A DNA stretch of 64,000 nt from NCBI GenBank assembly GCA_965249725.1, contig OZ252251.1, positions 128,001 to 192,000 on the forward strand, in the 5' to 3' direction. Both the position numbers and the translations under genes were made by a program. Below are positions 36,659 through 47,271 of the stretch, piece by piece (the stretch's first letter is position 1; each line of letters begins with the position of its first letter). The notes under the pieces were generated by a model. The model worked only from the letters and a program-made list of their open reading frames with translations, was not told where the DNA came from and made no database searches. The DNA comes from Longimicrobiales bacterium (GTDB lineage: Bacteria; Gemmatimonadota; Gemmatimonadetes; Longimicrobiales; Gaopeijiaceae).

Positions 36659-38032
36659 TCAGGCGGGTTTCATCAACTCGTCGCGCACGGCTTCGACACG
36701 TCGTCGGAACGATGCGTCGCCCGCGATCGTCTCCTCGACTTTGCGGATCGAGTGGATCACGGTCGAGTGATCCCGGCCACCGAACAGCTTTCCGATCTGC
36801 ACCAAAGGGTAGTCGAGGAGATCCTTGATCAGGTACATGGCGACCTGGCGGGGGACCGTCAAGTCTTTCGTCCGGCGCTTGGAGCTCAGGGCTTCGTCGC
36901 GCACCTGCCAATGCCTGGCGACGACCTCGCGAATGCGTTCCGGGCTCGCCGGACCCCCTGTTGAATGCGGGTCGTATCCGAAGGTCGCCTGCAGAGCCCT
37001 GCGGGCCAGTTCGACCGAGATTTCTTGATTGGTGAGCGACGAATAGGCCAGGAGCTTGATGACGGCGCCTTCGAGTTCGCGGACTGACGACGTGCAGAAA
37101 CGGGCGATGAAATCGATGACGTCGTGGTCCAGGGTCAGATCGTCGTCGGCCGCCTTCTTCCGGAGGATGGCGATGCGTGTCTCGTAATCCGGCTGCTTGA
37201 TGTCGGCGACCAGCCCCCACTCGAAGCGCGAGATGAGCCGCTCCTCGAGTCCCGGGAGCTCCTTCGGCGGTCGGTCGCTCGTGAGGACGATCTGCTTCTG
37301 AGCGTCGTAGAGGGCGTTGAACGTATGAAAGAACTCCTCCTGGGTGCGCTCCTTGCCCTGGAGAAACTGGACGTCGTCCACGAGGAGCAGGTCCATCTGC
37401 CGGTAGGTGCGCCGAAACTCCGCTGTGGTCCCGTTCTGGATGGCGGTGACCAGGTCGTTGGTGAACTGCTCGGTCGGCAGATATGCGATCCGGCTGTTGG
37501 GCGTCGTCTCACGAATGGCGTTGCCGATGGCGTGCATGAGGTGTGTCTTGCCCAGGCCCACGCCTCCATAGAGGAAGAGCGGGTTGTACATGCGCGCCGG
37601 TTTGCCGGCCACAGCGGTACAGGCTGCCGTCGCGAGCTCGACATTGTCGCCGACCACGAACCGTTCGAAAGAGTAACGCTCGTTCAGCGTAGGAAACGTC
37701 GACGACGTTGCGACGTCGGGTGCGGGGGGTCGCGAACCGGGGGTCGCCACCTCTACGGTCGGAACCGCGAGTGGTGGCGTCGGGTCGCCGCATTGGACCT
37801 TGAGCCGGAGGGGACGTCCGAGAGTCTGCTCTATCAAATCGGCCAGCAGTGGCCCATACTTGTCCTCGAGCCATTCCACGTGGAAAGCGCTGGGCGCCTC
37901 GACGAGGAGTTCCGAGTCGGTGAGTCCGACCGCCGTCGTACCCGCGAGCCAGGTGCGGTAGGTCTGTTCCTGCAGGCGGCCTCGGGCAGCCTCGAGGACC
38001 TTCGACCACAGGTCGTCCGCGGTGAACTCCAT
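36659..38032 (-). CDS. dnaA: Chromosomal replication initiator DnaA
   Basis: NPLFLYGGVGLGKTHL, DDVQF, QEEFFHTFN, GGRDHSTV. Confidence 0.98.
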   Translation of the reverse strand: MEFTADDLWSKVLEAARGRLQEQTYRTWLAGTTAVGLTDSELLVEAPSAFHVEWLEDKYGPLLADLIEQTLGRPLRLKVQCGDPTPPLAVPTVEVATPGSRPPAPDVATSSTFPTLNERYSFERFVVGDNVELATAACTAVAGKPARMYNPLFLYGGVGLGKTHLMHAIGNAIRETTPNSRIAYLPTEQFTNDLVTAIQNGTTAEFRRTYRQMDLLLVDDVQFLQGKERTQEEFFHTFNALYDAQKQIVLTSDRPPKELPGLEERLISRFEWGLVADIKQPDYETRIAILRKKAADDDLTLDHDVIDFIARFCTSSVRELEGAVIKLLAYSSLTNQEISVELARRALQATFGYDPHSTGGPASPERIREVVARHWQVRDEALSSKRRTKDLTVPRQVAMYLIKDLLDYPLVQIGKLFGGRDHSTVIHSIRKVEETIAGDASFRRRVEAVRDELMKPA

Positions 38033-38118
38033 GCGCTCCTTGGGAATGTCTGGACGGTCCGGCGACGCTAGTGCTGAATCTAGCGGAGAGTCAGCGGGCA
38101 GGCACGCTAGAATCCTGA

Positions 38119-38127
38119 TGTGGAAAA
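38119..38127 (-). promoter_or_regulatory. DnaA box upstream of dnaA
   Basis: TTTTCCACA on the minus strand. Confidence 0.6.
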
Positions 38128-38182
38128 GTCAATTTCGGTGGTATGCGTCAAGGAGTTTCAGGCTTCAGGGACCCGCCTGGGC

Positions 38183-38212
38183 TTGACCTCGGTTCACGCT
38201 CTCGGATATCTT
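38183..38212 (+). promoter_or_regulatory. Candidate rpmH promoter
   Basis: TTGACC-N18-TATCTT. Confidence 0.45.
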
Positions 38213-38277
38213 TCCATGCTAATTTTGTGGCGGTCCGAACAGCGGATCCCAGGACGACAAAAGAAGGCTCCAACGCT

Positions 38278-38427
38278 ATGAAGCCCACATACAGGCCCCG
38301 CAACCGGAAGCGCGTGAACAAGCACGGTTTCCGTGAGCGGATGAAGACTCGCGGAGGGCGGAAGACGCTGGCCAGGCGGCGGGCGCGAGGGCGCGCTCAG
38401 CTGGTGGTGAAGATCGGCTCGAAGTAG
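38278..38427 (+). CDS. rpmH: 50S ribosomal protein L34
   Basis: [22 protein letters not shown]...RRRARGR. Confidence 0.96.
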   Translation: MKPTYRPRNRKRVNKHGFRERMKTRGGRKTLARRRARGRAQLVVKIGSK

Positions 38428-38431
38428 TCGC

Positions 38432-38836
38432 ATGAACGCGGCCCGCTCGGCAGCCGGGCCGGGTCCGAGCCGGACCGCAGAGTTTCGCTTCCCACGCTCG
38501 GCACGCATCACCCAGACCCGAGAGATCCGGTCTCTGCTTCGGCAGGGCACCCGGAAGAAGACGCCCAACCTGGACGTCTTCTTTTTGTCTTCACACGGGC
38601 CGCGGAGCCGGTGGGGTCTCATCGTTCCCAAGCATAGGCATTCCATTGTCGAAAGAAACCGCGTGAAGCGCCGTCTGAGGGAAATCGGACGGATCCGGGT
38701 GCTACCGCGGCTCGACGAAGCGGGGACTGCCTTCGACGTGTTGGTGCGAGCCCGGAGAGAAGCCTATGCTGCCGGCTTCCGTACTCTCAAGGCAGAGCTT
38801 CAGGCGGTGACGGAGGACCTGTGTTCGGGCGAATGA
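38432..38836 (+). CDS. rnpA: Ribonuclease P protein component
   Basis: [13 protein letters not shown]; canonical position. Confidence 0.93.
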   Translation: MNAARSAAGPGPSRTAEFRFPRSARITQTREIRSLLRQGTRKKTPNLDVFFLSSHGPRSRWGLIVPKHRHSIVERNRVKRRLREIGRIRVLPRLDEAGTAFDVLVRARREAYAAGFRTLKAELQAVTEDLCSGE

Positions 38837-39078
38837 TTTTCGGGATGATCCGGTTCTATCAGCGAGGGATCTCGCCGTTCACCCGTGCTTCATGCCGGTT
38901 TTCACCTACCTGTTCCGAGTACGCGGCCGTGGCCGTGGAGCGCTACGGTCCGGCGCGTGGAACCTGGCTCGCGATCAAACGAATCCTGCGATGCCGGCCG
39001 TTCGGAGGGTGGGGCCACGACCCCGTGCCGGATGATCTCGAGGTTGCTCAGTTGAATCGACGCGGAAGTGTGGGGTAG
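38821..39078 (+). CDS. yidD: Membrane protein insertion efficiency factor
   Basis: [22 protein letters not shown]. Confidence 0.93.
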   Translation: MFGRMIFGMIRFYQRGISPFTRASCRFSPTCSEYAAVAVERYGPARGTWLAIKRILRCRPFGGWGHDPVPDDLEVAQLNRRGSVG

Positions 39079-40854
39079 ATGAAACAGGAAGCGCGGTTCC
39101 TTCTCGCGATCTCTCTGATGATCCTCGTCCTTGTCGGGACGAACCTTCTCTTCCCGCCCATTCCGCCCGAGGATCTCCAACCGGCTGTGGGTGACTCGGT
39201 GACCTCTGCGGAGGCTCCGCCCGAGGCCACGCCGCCACCCGAGCTCGTCGCCCCCGGCCAAGCACAGACCGACGCCGTACCGGCCATTGTCAGTGATCCG
39301 CTGCAGCAGCCGGCCGGACAAGGCGTGCCGACCGAGGCTGCGCCGCCGCCGCCCCCGCCGGCGCCCCTCCAGCAGCCCGCCGCGGTTCCAGCCGAGGCGA
39401 TCGTGGTCGAGGGGCCACTCTACAGATTCACGTTCAGCAACTACGGCGGTCGTTTGACGTCGGCACGGCTGCTCCAATTCCCATCGTTCGCCAATGAAGG
39501 ACCGGTAGAGCTTTTCCACGAGGACGGAACGGGTGCGCTGGGCGTCGAGATCCAGGCCGACAGAGGCAGTCTGGATCTACACAATCTCCCCTTCGAGGTG
39601 GTACCCCGTGAGGGACTCGTCCTGACCGAGGGGGGTGGTCCGAAGACCCTGACACTGACCTATCGACACCCATCCGGAGCGGTCACGTTCAAGACGACGT
39701 ACACCTTCGATCCGGGTTCGTACGAGATCGGAGTCCGGACGGACCTCAGCGGCGTCGATCGGTCGCTCCTGGTGACGGACATGGGGACCGGCCTTGCGTA
39801 CAACGAAGCGAGGCAGGCAGACGAGTCACGCATCATGGGCTACGTGACGAATCACCTCCGTGAAGGCATCCAGGCGGAGCCGATGCGCAAGGTGGACGAG
39901 GATCAGTTGGTGGAGGGTCCGCTCCTCTGGTCGGCGCTGAAGAGCAAGTACTTCCTCTTCGCCGTATTGCCGGGAACGGGCAACGAGGAGCAGTACCTCG
40001 GTGGCCTGATGGCGAGTCCGGCGCTCGGTGAGGACCAGGCTGAGGTCTCCGTGACCCAGCCGTTCGGGGCGACCGGGTCCACGAGCTATCGGCTCTTCAT
40101 GGGCCCTCAGGAGCGAGAGCTCCTGACGGTCTACGGCAACGGGCTGGAGGAGGCCAATCCCTTCGGGTATCGCTGGATGCGCGTGGTCGTCCGACCCGTC
40201 GTCGTGATCGTGCTGGCGGTCCTCAACTTCCTACACTCCAGGCTGAATGTCGGCTACGGCTGGGTGCTCATCATCTTCGGCGTGATGATGCGGGTGCTGC
40301 TGTTCCCGCTGAACCAGAAGGCGATGCGGGCGCAGATGCGCAACATGGCCGTGCAGCCGCTCCTGCAGGACATCCAGAAGAAGTACAAGGACCAACCGGA
40401 GAAGCTTCAGAAGGAGATGATGAAGCTGTACAAGGAGCATGGCTTCAACCCGCTTGCCGGGTGTCTGCCGATGCTGCTGCCTTGGCCCGTCCTCATCACC
40501 CTCTTCTTCATCTTCCAGAACACGATCCAGCTCAGGGGCGAGAGCTTCCTCTGGCTCCCGAACCTGTCGGCGGCCGATCCGTTCTACATCCTGCCCGTTC
40601 TGTTGGGCGCATCCATGTTCCTCATGCAGTTCATCTCGGTACGGTCGATGCCGGAGCCGAACCCGCAGATGAAGATGATGATGTGGATGATGCCGATCAT
40701 GATGACGTTCATCTTCCTGAACTTCGCGTCGGGTCTGAACCTCTATTACGCGACCGCGAACCTGGCCACGCTACCCCAGCAGTACTTCATCGCCAAAGAG
40801 CGACAGAAGCTCAAGGCGCAGCCCCCCCTGAAGCCCGCTACCAGCGGTGACTGA
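39079..40854 (+). CDS. yidC: Membrane protein insertase YidC
   Basis: YGWVLII...RVLLFPL, NPLAGCLP, GLNLYY. Confidence 0.96.
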   Translation: MKQEARFLLAISLMILVLVGTNLLFPPIPPEDLQPAVGDSVTSAEAPPEATPPPELVAPGQAQTDAVPAIVSDPLQQPAGQGVPTEAAPPPPPPAPLQQPAAVPAEAIVVEGPLYRFTFSNYGGRLTSARLLQFPSFANEGPVELFHEDGTGALGVEIQADRGSLDLHNLPFEVVPREGLVLTEGGGPKTLTLTYRHPSGAVTFKTTYTFDPGSYEIGVRTDLSGVDRSLLVTDMGTGLAYNEARQADESRIMGYVTNHLREGIQAEPMRKVDEDQLVEGPLLWSALKSKYFLFAVLPGTGNEEQYLGGLMASPALGEDQAEVSVTQPFGATGSTSYRLFMGPQERELLTVYGNGLEEANPFGYRWMRVVVRPVVVIVLAVLNFLHSRLNVGYGWVLIIFGVMMRVLLFPLNQKAMRAQMRNMAVQPLLQDIQKKYKDQPEKLQKEMMKLYKEHGFNPLAGCLPMLLPWPVLITLFFIFQNTIQLRGESFLWLPNLSAADPFYILPVLLGASMFLMQFISVRSMPEPNPQMKMMMWMMPIMMTFIFLNFASGLNLYYATANLATLPQQYFIAKERQKLKAQPPLKPATSGD

Positions 40855-42229
40855 GCACCTGGCGGTGGACACCATCGCCGCGGTGGCGACCGCCCCGGGG
40901 TTGGGCGCAGTCGCGATGGTGAGGCTCTCGGGAAGCCGGGCCTTCGACATTCTCAGGGTGCTTACACCCGATCAGTCCGACCCGGGAACGCCCCGTACCG
41001 CGCGCCTCTTGGAGCTGCGAGATCCTGATTCGGGCGGGCTGCTGGATCGCGCACTGGTCACCACCTTCCCGGCACCCGACAGCTACACCGGCGAGGACGT
41101 CGTAGAGATCTCGAGTCACGGGGGATGGCTGGTGCCCGCTCTCGTGCTCGAGGCCTGCCAGACCGCCGGTGCGCGTGTCGCCGAGCCCGGGGAGTTCACG
41201 CGGCGGGCGGTCTTGCACGGCAAGATGGACTTGGTGCAGGCCGAGGCGGTGCTCGACCTCGTGGAGGGACACAGCCGTGCGCTCCACGACAGCGCGCTCT
41301 TCCAGTTGGATCGGGGGCTCAGTACGCGGATCGGGGCGCTGCGGGAGCAGGTGGTCGCCGTCGAGGCCCTCCTGGTCCATCACATCGACTTTCCCGAAGA
41401 GGACGAGGCGCCTGTTTCGTTGGAGCGCGTCGTTGAAGAGGCGAGGGTCCTACTCTCCGACCTGGACGCGCTGTTGAGTACGGCACCCGAGGGCGAGTTG
41501 CTCCGCGAGGGGGCGCTCACCGTTCTGGCGGGCCTGCCCAACTCCGGCAAGTCGAGTCTCTACAACGCGCTGCTCGGTCAGGATCGAGCGATCGTCACGG
41601 AGATTCCGGGCACCACCCGAGATGCTCTGGAGTCCGTCGTGTCGTTGGGTGGTTTCCCGTTTCGATTGGTCGACACGGCGGGCATCCGGGATACAAAAGA
41701 GACCGTGGAGCGCTTGGGCATCGAGGTGGCGAGGCGCTATCTCGATCGCGCGGACCTGGTGCTCTTCTGCGTGGAGAGCGGCCGCGCCCTGCTCCCTGAC
41801 GAGAGGGAATTCCTCGGGGACCTGGGAGACGTGCCGGTCGTGGTCCTTCGCACCAAGACCGATCTCGCGTCTGATAAGGGTGCCAACTCGGACGGCACCC
41901 CCCCCTCGGGCGAGAGCGTCGAGATCTCCGTGCTGGATGGAACTGGCCTGGCTCGCCTTCGACAGGTGCTTCCCACGCTCGTGTATCGGGGCTTCGTTCA
42001 GACCGGCGTCACCGTGCCCGCTCTGACCCGTGCGAGGCACCGGGAGGGAATCCGTGCGGCCCGGGACCATGTGGCCGGTTTCATCACGGCGCTGACGGAC
42101 GCGGTGCCGGCTGAGTTGGCATCGACGCATCTTCGACCTGCCCAGACGGCGCTGGAGGAGTTGCTCGGAGTGGTATCCCACGACGAGGTTCTGGACCGGG
42201 TGTTTCGTGACTTCTGTATCGGCAAATGA
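40847..42229 (+). CDS. mnmE: tRNA modification GTPase MnmE
   Basis: DTIAAVAT, GEFTRRA, GLPNSGKSS, GTTRD, FCIGK. Confidence 0.97.
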   Translation: MTEHLAVDTIAAVATAPGLGAVAMVRLSGSRAFDILRVLTPDQSDPGTPRTARLLELRDPDSGGLLDRALVTTFPAPDSYTGEDVVEISSHGGWLVPALVLEACQTAGARVAEPGEFTRRAVLHGKMDLVQAEAVLDLVEGHSRALHDSALFQLDRGLSTRIGALREQVVAVEALLVHHIDFPEEDEAPVSLERVVEEARVLLSDLDALLSTAPEGELLREGALTVLAGLPNSGKSSLYNALLGQDRAIVTEIPGTTRDALESVVSLGGFPFRLVDTAGIRDTKETVERLGIEVARRYLDRADLVLFCVESGRALLPDEREFLGDLGDVPVVVLRTKTDLASDKGANSDGTPPSGESVEISVLDGTGLARLRQVLPTLVYRGFVQTGVTVPALTRARHREGIRAARDHVAGFITALTDAVPAELASTHLRPAQTALEELLGVVSHDEVLDRVFRDFCIGK

Positions 42230-42531
42230 TGACGGACGAGCACACAGCTCTGCAGTTGGGCTTCCGGATCGAGGGCCGTGTCCAGGGCGTCGGTTTCCGG
42301 TGGTGGACACGCCGGATGGCGACCGAACTCGGGCTTCGGGGTGTGGTCCTGAACCGCAGGGACGGAAGCGTGGAGGTGCATGCCGTGGGCGACATCGATT
42401 CGGTCGAGCGGCTCGAGGCCTACTTGGTGGACGGACCCCCCGGGTCCCGAGTCGACCGAGTGGCACGGGTGGCGTCGGACCGGTCCCTGCCGGACGACTT
42501 CGAGATCGTCTCGGGCTCAAGGCTCTTCTGA
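42226..42531 (+). CDS. acyP: Acylphosphatase
   Basis: GRVQGVGFR, NRRDGSVEV. Confidence 0.92.
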   Translation: MMTDEHTALQLGFRIEGRVQGVGFRWWTRRMATELGLRGVVLNRRDGSVEVHAVGDIDSVERLEAYLVDGPPGSRVDRVARVASDRSLPDDFEIVSGSRLF

Positions 42532-42550
42532 TGATCGTAGTGTGGTGCCG

Positions 42551-44509
42551 ATGAGCGGCGAACGCTACGACGTGATCGTCGTTGGTGGAGGTCACGCCGG
42601 GTCAGAAGCGGCGGCCGCTGCGGCCCGAATCGGCGCTCGGACCCTGCTGATCACGCCCGACCTCTCCCGGGTCGGACAGATGAGCTGCAATCCGGCGATT
42701 GGTGGGATCGCAAAGGGCGTGGTGGCGAGGGAGGTAGACGCGTTGGGTGGCGTCATGGGACGTGCCACCGATGCCTCGCGGATCCAGTTCCGAATGCTCA
42801 ACCGACGAAAGGGACCCGCCGTTTGGGGCCCGCGTGCCCAGTGCGATAGAGGTCTCTACCCGAGGGCCGTGCGGCGAGTGCTGGACGCGCTTCCGAACCT
42901 GGCGCTCTTCCAGGAGATGGTGACCGGGCTGCTCATCGAGGGGGACCGGGCAAAGGGAGTGCGCACGCGTGGGGGTTTGGACTTCCGGGCGGAGAGGGTG
43001 GTGGTGACCGCCGGCACCTTCCTACGCGGCCGAATTCACATTGGTGGTGAGGCCGGACTGGGGGCGGGTCGCGCGGGTGAAGCTCCTTCCATAGCGCTGG
43101 CCGAAGAACTGGAGGCTCGGGGCCTGGAGATCGCCCGTTTCAAGACGGGCACGCCCCCGCGCATCGACGGCCGAACCGTGGACTACTCCCGGGTCGAGAG
43201 GCAGGACGGCGATCCGGAGGACTTCCGGTTTTCCGCGTATGCCGAAGAGAGTGTCCCCGACCAGCGTCCATGTTGGATCACATGGACCGGAGAGGACCTG
43301 AGTAGGGTGGTCCAGGACAACCTGGAGCGCAGCGCGCTGTTCGGCGGTGAAATTTCCGGAAGGGGACCCCGATACTGCCCTTCCATCGAAGACAAGATCG
43401 TTCGCTTCCCGGACTCTCCCCGACATCAGGTGTTCTTGGAACCCGAGGGACTGGAGACGACGGAGCTCTATGTGAACGGGCTGTCGACGTCTCTACCGCC
43501 CGAGGTGCAGGTCGACTTCCTCAGAACCGTCCCGGGTCTCGAACGTGTCGAGGTCACGAAGGTCGGATACGCTATCGAGTACGACTACTTCCCGCCCCAC
43601 CAGCTCCGTCATACGCTCGAGGTGCGCGAAGTCCCAGGCCTCTACTTCGCCGGACAGATCAACGGAACGACCGGATACGAAGAAGCCGCCGGTCAGGGAT
43701 TGATCGCCGGGGCGAACGCCGGACTGAGCGCGCTCGGCAGGGCTCCGCTCATCCTGGAGAGGGACCAGGCGTACATCGGGGTGCTTATCGACGACCTGAT
43801 CACCAAGGGTGTGGACGAACCCTACCGGTTGTTCACGTCACGGGCCGAGTTCAGGCTCATGCTCCGACAGGACAATGCGGCGCGTCGGCTGGGGCCGCTC
43901 GCGCGGGATGTCGGTCTCTTGACGACGGATCAAGAGGCAGCATTGGACCGTCGTGTGGAGCGAGAAGACGGCATCCGACAGTGGTTCGTCGAGACCGTGG
44001 TGAAGCCGTCGGAGGTGAATCCGCTGCTGGCACACGTCGACACGCCTCCGATCGAGCAGTCGGTGCGAGCGGCCGAACTGCTCAAGCGGCCGCAGGTTCC
44101 GGCGAGCGGCCTGGCCGTGGCCGGAGGCGCTCCGTTCGATCCCGCCCTGGAGGTAGATGCCGTGGCGGCGGTCGAGGTGGAGCTCAAGTACGAAGGGTAT
44201 GTGCGACGCGAGGCCGAGCGCGCGGAGAGGCTACGGGAACAGGCGGACTTCGTTTTGGCGGACGACCTCCCGTACGCCGATTTCGTGAACGTGTCGTCCG
44301 AGGCGAGAGAAAAGCTCGCCCGGATCCGGCCCGAGTCCTTGGCGCAGGCGGCACGGATACCGGGTGTGTCTCCGTCGGACCTGCAGAACCTGATCCTCGA
44401 GGTTCGACGATGGCGGAGTCGGCGTGTGCTGGAGGTGACCGGCGAGGTGACCGGCGAGGTGACCGGCGAGGTGACCGGCGAGGCGACCGGTGAGGTGACC
44501 GGCGATTGA
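42551..44509 (+). CDS. mnmG: tRNA uridine-5-carboxymethylaminomethyl(34) synthesis enzyme MnmG
   Basis: GGGHAG, SCNPAIGG, GPRYCPSIEDK, GQINGTTGYEEA. Confidence 0.97.
   Translation: MSGERYDVIVVGGGHAGSEAAAAAARIGARTLLITPDLSRVGQMSCNPAIGGIAKGVVAREVDALGGVMGRATDASRIQFRMLNRRKGPAVWGPRAQCDRGLYPRAVRRVLDALPNLALFQEMVTGLLIEGDRAKGVRTRGGLDFRAERVVVTAGTFLRGRIHIGGEAGLGAGRAGEAPSIALAEELEARGLEIARFKTGTPPRIDGRTVDYSRVERQDGDPEDFRFSAYAEESVPDQRPCWITWTGEDLSRVVQDNLERSALFGGEISGRGPRYCPSIEDKIVRFPDSPRHQVFLEPEGLETTELYVNGLSTSLPPEVQVDFLRTVPGLERVEVTKVGYAIEYDYFPPHQLRHTLEVREVPGLYFAGQINGTTGYEEAAGQGLIAGANAGLSALGRAPLILERDQAYIGVLIDDLITKGVDEPYRLFTSRAEFRLMLRQDNAARRLGPLARDVGLLTTDQEAALDRRVEREDGIRQWFVETVVKPSEVNPLLAHVDTPPIEQSVRAAELLKRPQVPASGLAVAGGAPFDPALEVDAVAAVEVELKYEGYVRREAERAERLREQADFVLADDLPYADFVNVSSEAREKLARIRPESLAQAARIPGVSPSDLQNLILEVRRWRSRRVLEVTGEVTGEVTGEVTGEATGEVTGD
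44432..44503. repeat. 12-bp tandem repeat x6 (EVTG) at the mnmG 3' end
   Basis: gaggtgaccggc units directly before GAT TGA. Confidence 0.95.
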
Positions 44510-44522
44510 GGGTTGGCTTGCC

Positions 44523-45611
44523 TCAGTCCCTCGATGAACTCGACTCATCCAGAACGGTGTTGGCGAGCGCCCGCGCCACCGGCGCAGCCTTCGCGAGTCG
44601 TTCACCATCTATCTCCTGGCCCGGTGTCTGATTGGTCAACACGACCACGCAGATCTCCTCGGTGGGAATCCGTAGGATGAACGCGTTGAAGCCCGGTAGT
44701 CCCCCGCCGTGGGCGAGCGTGCGGTGGCCGCGTAGCTGCCCGATCCGCCAGCCGTAGCCGTACGACTCCCTCTCGGGCCGGTACAGGGCTGCATAGGCGG
44801 CCTCCGATACGAAGGAGTGGGACGAGAGTGCGACATCCCATCGGGCCAGGTCCTCGGCCGTCGAGTAGAGGTTTCCGCCGCCGGTGAGGATGGCCAGGAA
44901 GATGTCTGATGCGTTCTCGATCGTCCCATCCTCACTTCGGACGTAGCCTGACGCACGATCACGCAGAAGCGGCCCGGGGACGTCGGCCCCCGAATCGCGC
45001 ATGCCGCTTGGCGTGAAGATCTCGGCGTCGAGAAAGGCCTCGTAGGGCTGTCCTGAAACCTCCTCGACGACCTTGGCGAGCAGGAAATACCCGACCCCGC
45101 TGTACCGGTAGTCGGTCCCGGGCGCGAAGACGAGCGGCTGCTCGAAGAACCGCTCTAACGTTTCGTCCAGGGTGGTCGGCACCGCCATCGTCTCCGCGAA
45201 ACCGGGCAGCGCCCACGAGTGCATGATGCCGGATGTGTGCGTGAGAAGCTGATGGAGGGTCAGCGCCTGCCATGATTCGGGGACGCTCTGGAGGTGATCC
45301 CCCACGCGATCCTGGACCCGGAGCCGTCCTCGATCTTGCAGAATCATGATCGCCATCGAGGTGAACTGCTTGGTGATGGATCCGATCCGGAACTTCGTGC
45401 CGGGCGCGTTAGGCACACCCAGCTCGAGGTTGGCCATCCCGTATCCTGCAGACAGCACGGTCTCACCGGCCCTGGTGACGATGATCGAGCCGCTGAGGTC
45501 GGCCTCCTTTGCCACCTCGTCGAGCCGGTCCGCGAGCGGCTGGGCCTCCACCCCCGCGCCCGTGAGTGCGAGCGCCAGGAGTGTAAGGCAGGTCGGGATG
45601 TCGCGTGCCAT
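44523..45611 (-). CDS. Serine hydrolase, beta-lactamase family
   Basis: Signal peptide; SITK, LLTHTSG, YSG, HGG. Confidence 0.88.
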   Translation of the reverse strand: MARDIPTCLTLLALALTGAGVEAQPLADRLDEVAKEADLSGSIIVTRAGETVLSAGYGMANLELGVPNAPGTKFRIGSITKQFTSMAIMILQDRGRLRVQDRVGDHLQSVPESWQALTLHQLLTHTSGIMHSWALPGFAETMAVPTTLDETLERFFEQPLVFAPGTDYRYSGVGYFLLAKVVEEVSGQPYEAFLDAEIFTPSGMRDSGADVPGPLLRDRASGYVRSEDGTIENASDIFLAILTGGGNLYSTAEDLARWDVALSSHSFVSEAAYAALYRPERESYGYGWRIGQLRGHRTLAHGGGLPGFNAFILRIPTEEICVVVLTNQTPGQEIDGERLAKAAPVARALANTVLDESSSSRD

Positions 45612-45629
45612 GGTGTCTCCGTGTTGGAC

Positions 45630-46865
45630 TTACCGAACCTCAAACGTGATGGGAATCTGCACCCAGACCTTCACGGGTTCGTCCTTGTTGAGTGCCCCGG
45701 TAAACCTATACACGCGGGCGACCTCCAGGGCGGCATCGTCGAGGGCGTCGCGCCCACTGGTCCGAGACAGGCGGCTCTCGATGGTCCTCCCCGTTTCGTC
45801 GATGTGGAACCAAACCAAGGTCTGTCCACCAACCCCCGCATCCCGGAGTACCTGGGGATACGCTCCCATCATGGCCTGAATCACCTCACGGCGATTGGTG
45901 ATTTCGGGCCGGACCGTCATAGGCGTGAAGTAGGGTCCGTCCTGGGCGACAACGGAGGCCTGTGGCGGCGTGGTCGGTAGCTGTTCCATCTGACAAGCGG
46001 TCACGACCAACAAACCCGCGAGGAAGGTCATGCCGAGGGCTCGGCCGTAGTGGGGATCTGGGTTGTCTGTCATGGCTCGAATCCTCCTTTCGAGGAATGG
46101 TGCGGGGCGTGCGAACGCCAAAACGCCGGCCGGGGAGGTCATCCTTCGGGCACCGATCTCGACCAGAAGGCTTGCGTACGGCCTCACCTCTGACGAACGG
46201 CGAAGGACTCTATGGTCGCAGTCGATTTCGATAGCCAACCGAAGCCTACGGACCATCCACCACATGGGAACGCACCAAGGGAGCATGACCAGCAGCCAGA
46301 GGGCTGATGACGTTAACCACACATCACCCGCAGCTCGGTGCTCCGATTCGTGCTGGAGCATGAGTTCCTGCTCGGGCGCGGGCATCTCGAGTGCCCATGA
46401 AGGCATGACGATGGCCGATCTGACGAGTCCAACGACTCCGGGCCCAAAATTCTCCGCCAGGAGGATGTCTCGGTCTCCGAGCTTCATCCGAGTCCAGGTG
46501 GAGCGCTCGGATGAAAGGCCGACATGGGCGCAGAGGAGCACCAGGCCCACCACGAGAGACAGAGTTCCCCAGACTGCGGCGGCGTAGGGGTCGAGGCCGG
46601 CAGGAAGGACAAAGCTGGAGGTCAACTCTGTGAGCGACGCCGCAACAGGACCGCCAGCGGCGTCCGGACCGACGACGTCTACAGGCGTAGACGAGCCTCC
46701 AGGCCAAGGGAATACCAGCAGGGTGAACCCCAGCGATGTGGCGAGGGCCGCTGCCCAGATCCAGCGGGTGAAAAAGAGGAGTCCGCGCACTGCCCGTTCG
46801 CACGTGAAGGCTGCGAGGGCGAGGAGGAGCGTCACCGCAGTCACGTAGATCATCAGGCTCAACAT
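45630..46865 (-). CDS. M56 (BlaR1/MecR1-type) peptidase fused to a TonB C-terminal domain
   Basis: TM segments, HESEH, EIDCD, LERRI; C-terminal YPQVLRDAGVGG...IPITF. Confidence 0.88.
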   Translation of the reverse strand: MLSLMIYVTAVTLLLALAAFTCERAVRGLLFFTRWIWAAALATSLGFTLLVFPWPGGSSTPVDVVGPDAAGGPVAASLTELTSSFVLPAGLDPYAAAVWGTLSLVVGLVLLCAHVGLSSERSTWTRMKLGDRDILLAENFGPGVVGLVRSAIVMPSWALEMPAPEQELMLQHESEHRAAGDVWLTSSALWLLVMLPWCVPMWWMVRRLRLAIEIDCDHRVLRRSSEVRPYASLLVEIGARRMTSPAGVLAFARPAPFLERRIRAMTDNPDPHYGRALGMTFLAGLLVVTACQMEQLPTTPPQASVVAQDGPYFTPMTVRPEITNRREVIQAMMGAYPQVLRDAGVGGQTLVWFHIDETGRTIESRLSRTSGRDALDDAALEVARVYRFTGALNKDEPVKVWVQIPITFEVR

Positions 46866-46867
46866 CG

Positions 46868-47257
46868 TCAGTCCTCCTCTTCCGTTGGATCATCGCCCAG
46901 TCGTTCGTCTACGAGCTGGCGAATGCGCCGGAGCTGCTCTTCATCCATGCGCCGGTCGGAGACGAGCTCTACGAGAAGAAGCTCGGGCGAACCCTTGAAT
47001 ATCTTCTTGAGCAGACGGCCGAGTTCGCGTCCCCCGGCGGTCTGCCAGTCCACAGTAGGGTGGTAGCGGTAGGCGCGGCCCTCCGCCTCGTGTCGGACGT
47101 AGCCCTTCTCTTCCAGCGTCTGAAGGGCGGATAGGACCGTCGTGTATGCGAGCGAGTCCACCATACGCTCTCTGACTTCGGCGACCGTCGCCGAGCCCAG
47201 GTCCCAGAGGATAGACATCACGTCCAACTCGCGAGGGGTAAACGACTCTGGCGGCAC
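46868..47257 (-). CDS. BlaI/MecI/CopY family repressor
   Basis: ELDVMSILW, LAYTTVLS...LEEKGYV, GRAYRY. Confidence 0.93.
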   Translation of the reverse strand: MPPESFTPRELDVMSILWDLGSATVAEVRERMVDSLAYTTVLSALQTLEEKGYVRHEAEGRAYRYHPTVDWQTAGGRELGRLLKKIFKGSPELLLVELVSDRRMDEEQLRRIRQLVDERLGDDPTEEED

Positions 47258-47271
47258 TGGTTCTCCTTGTT

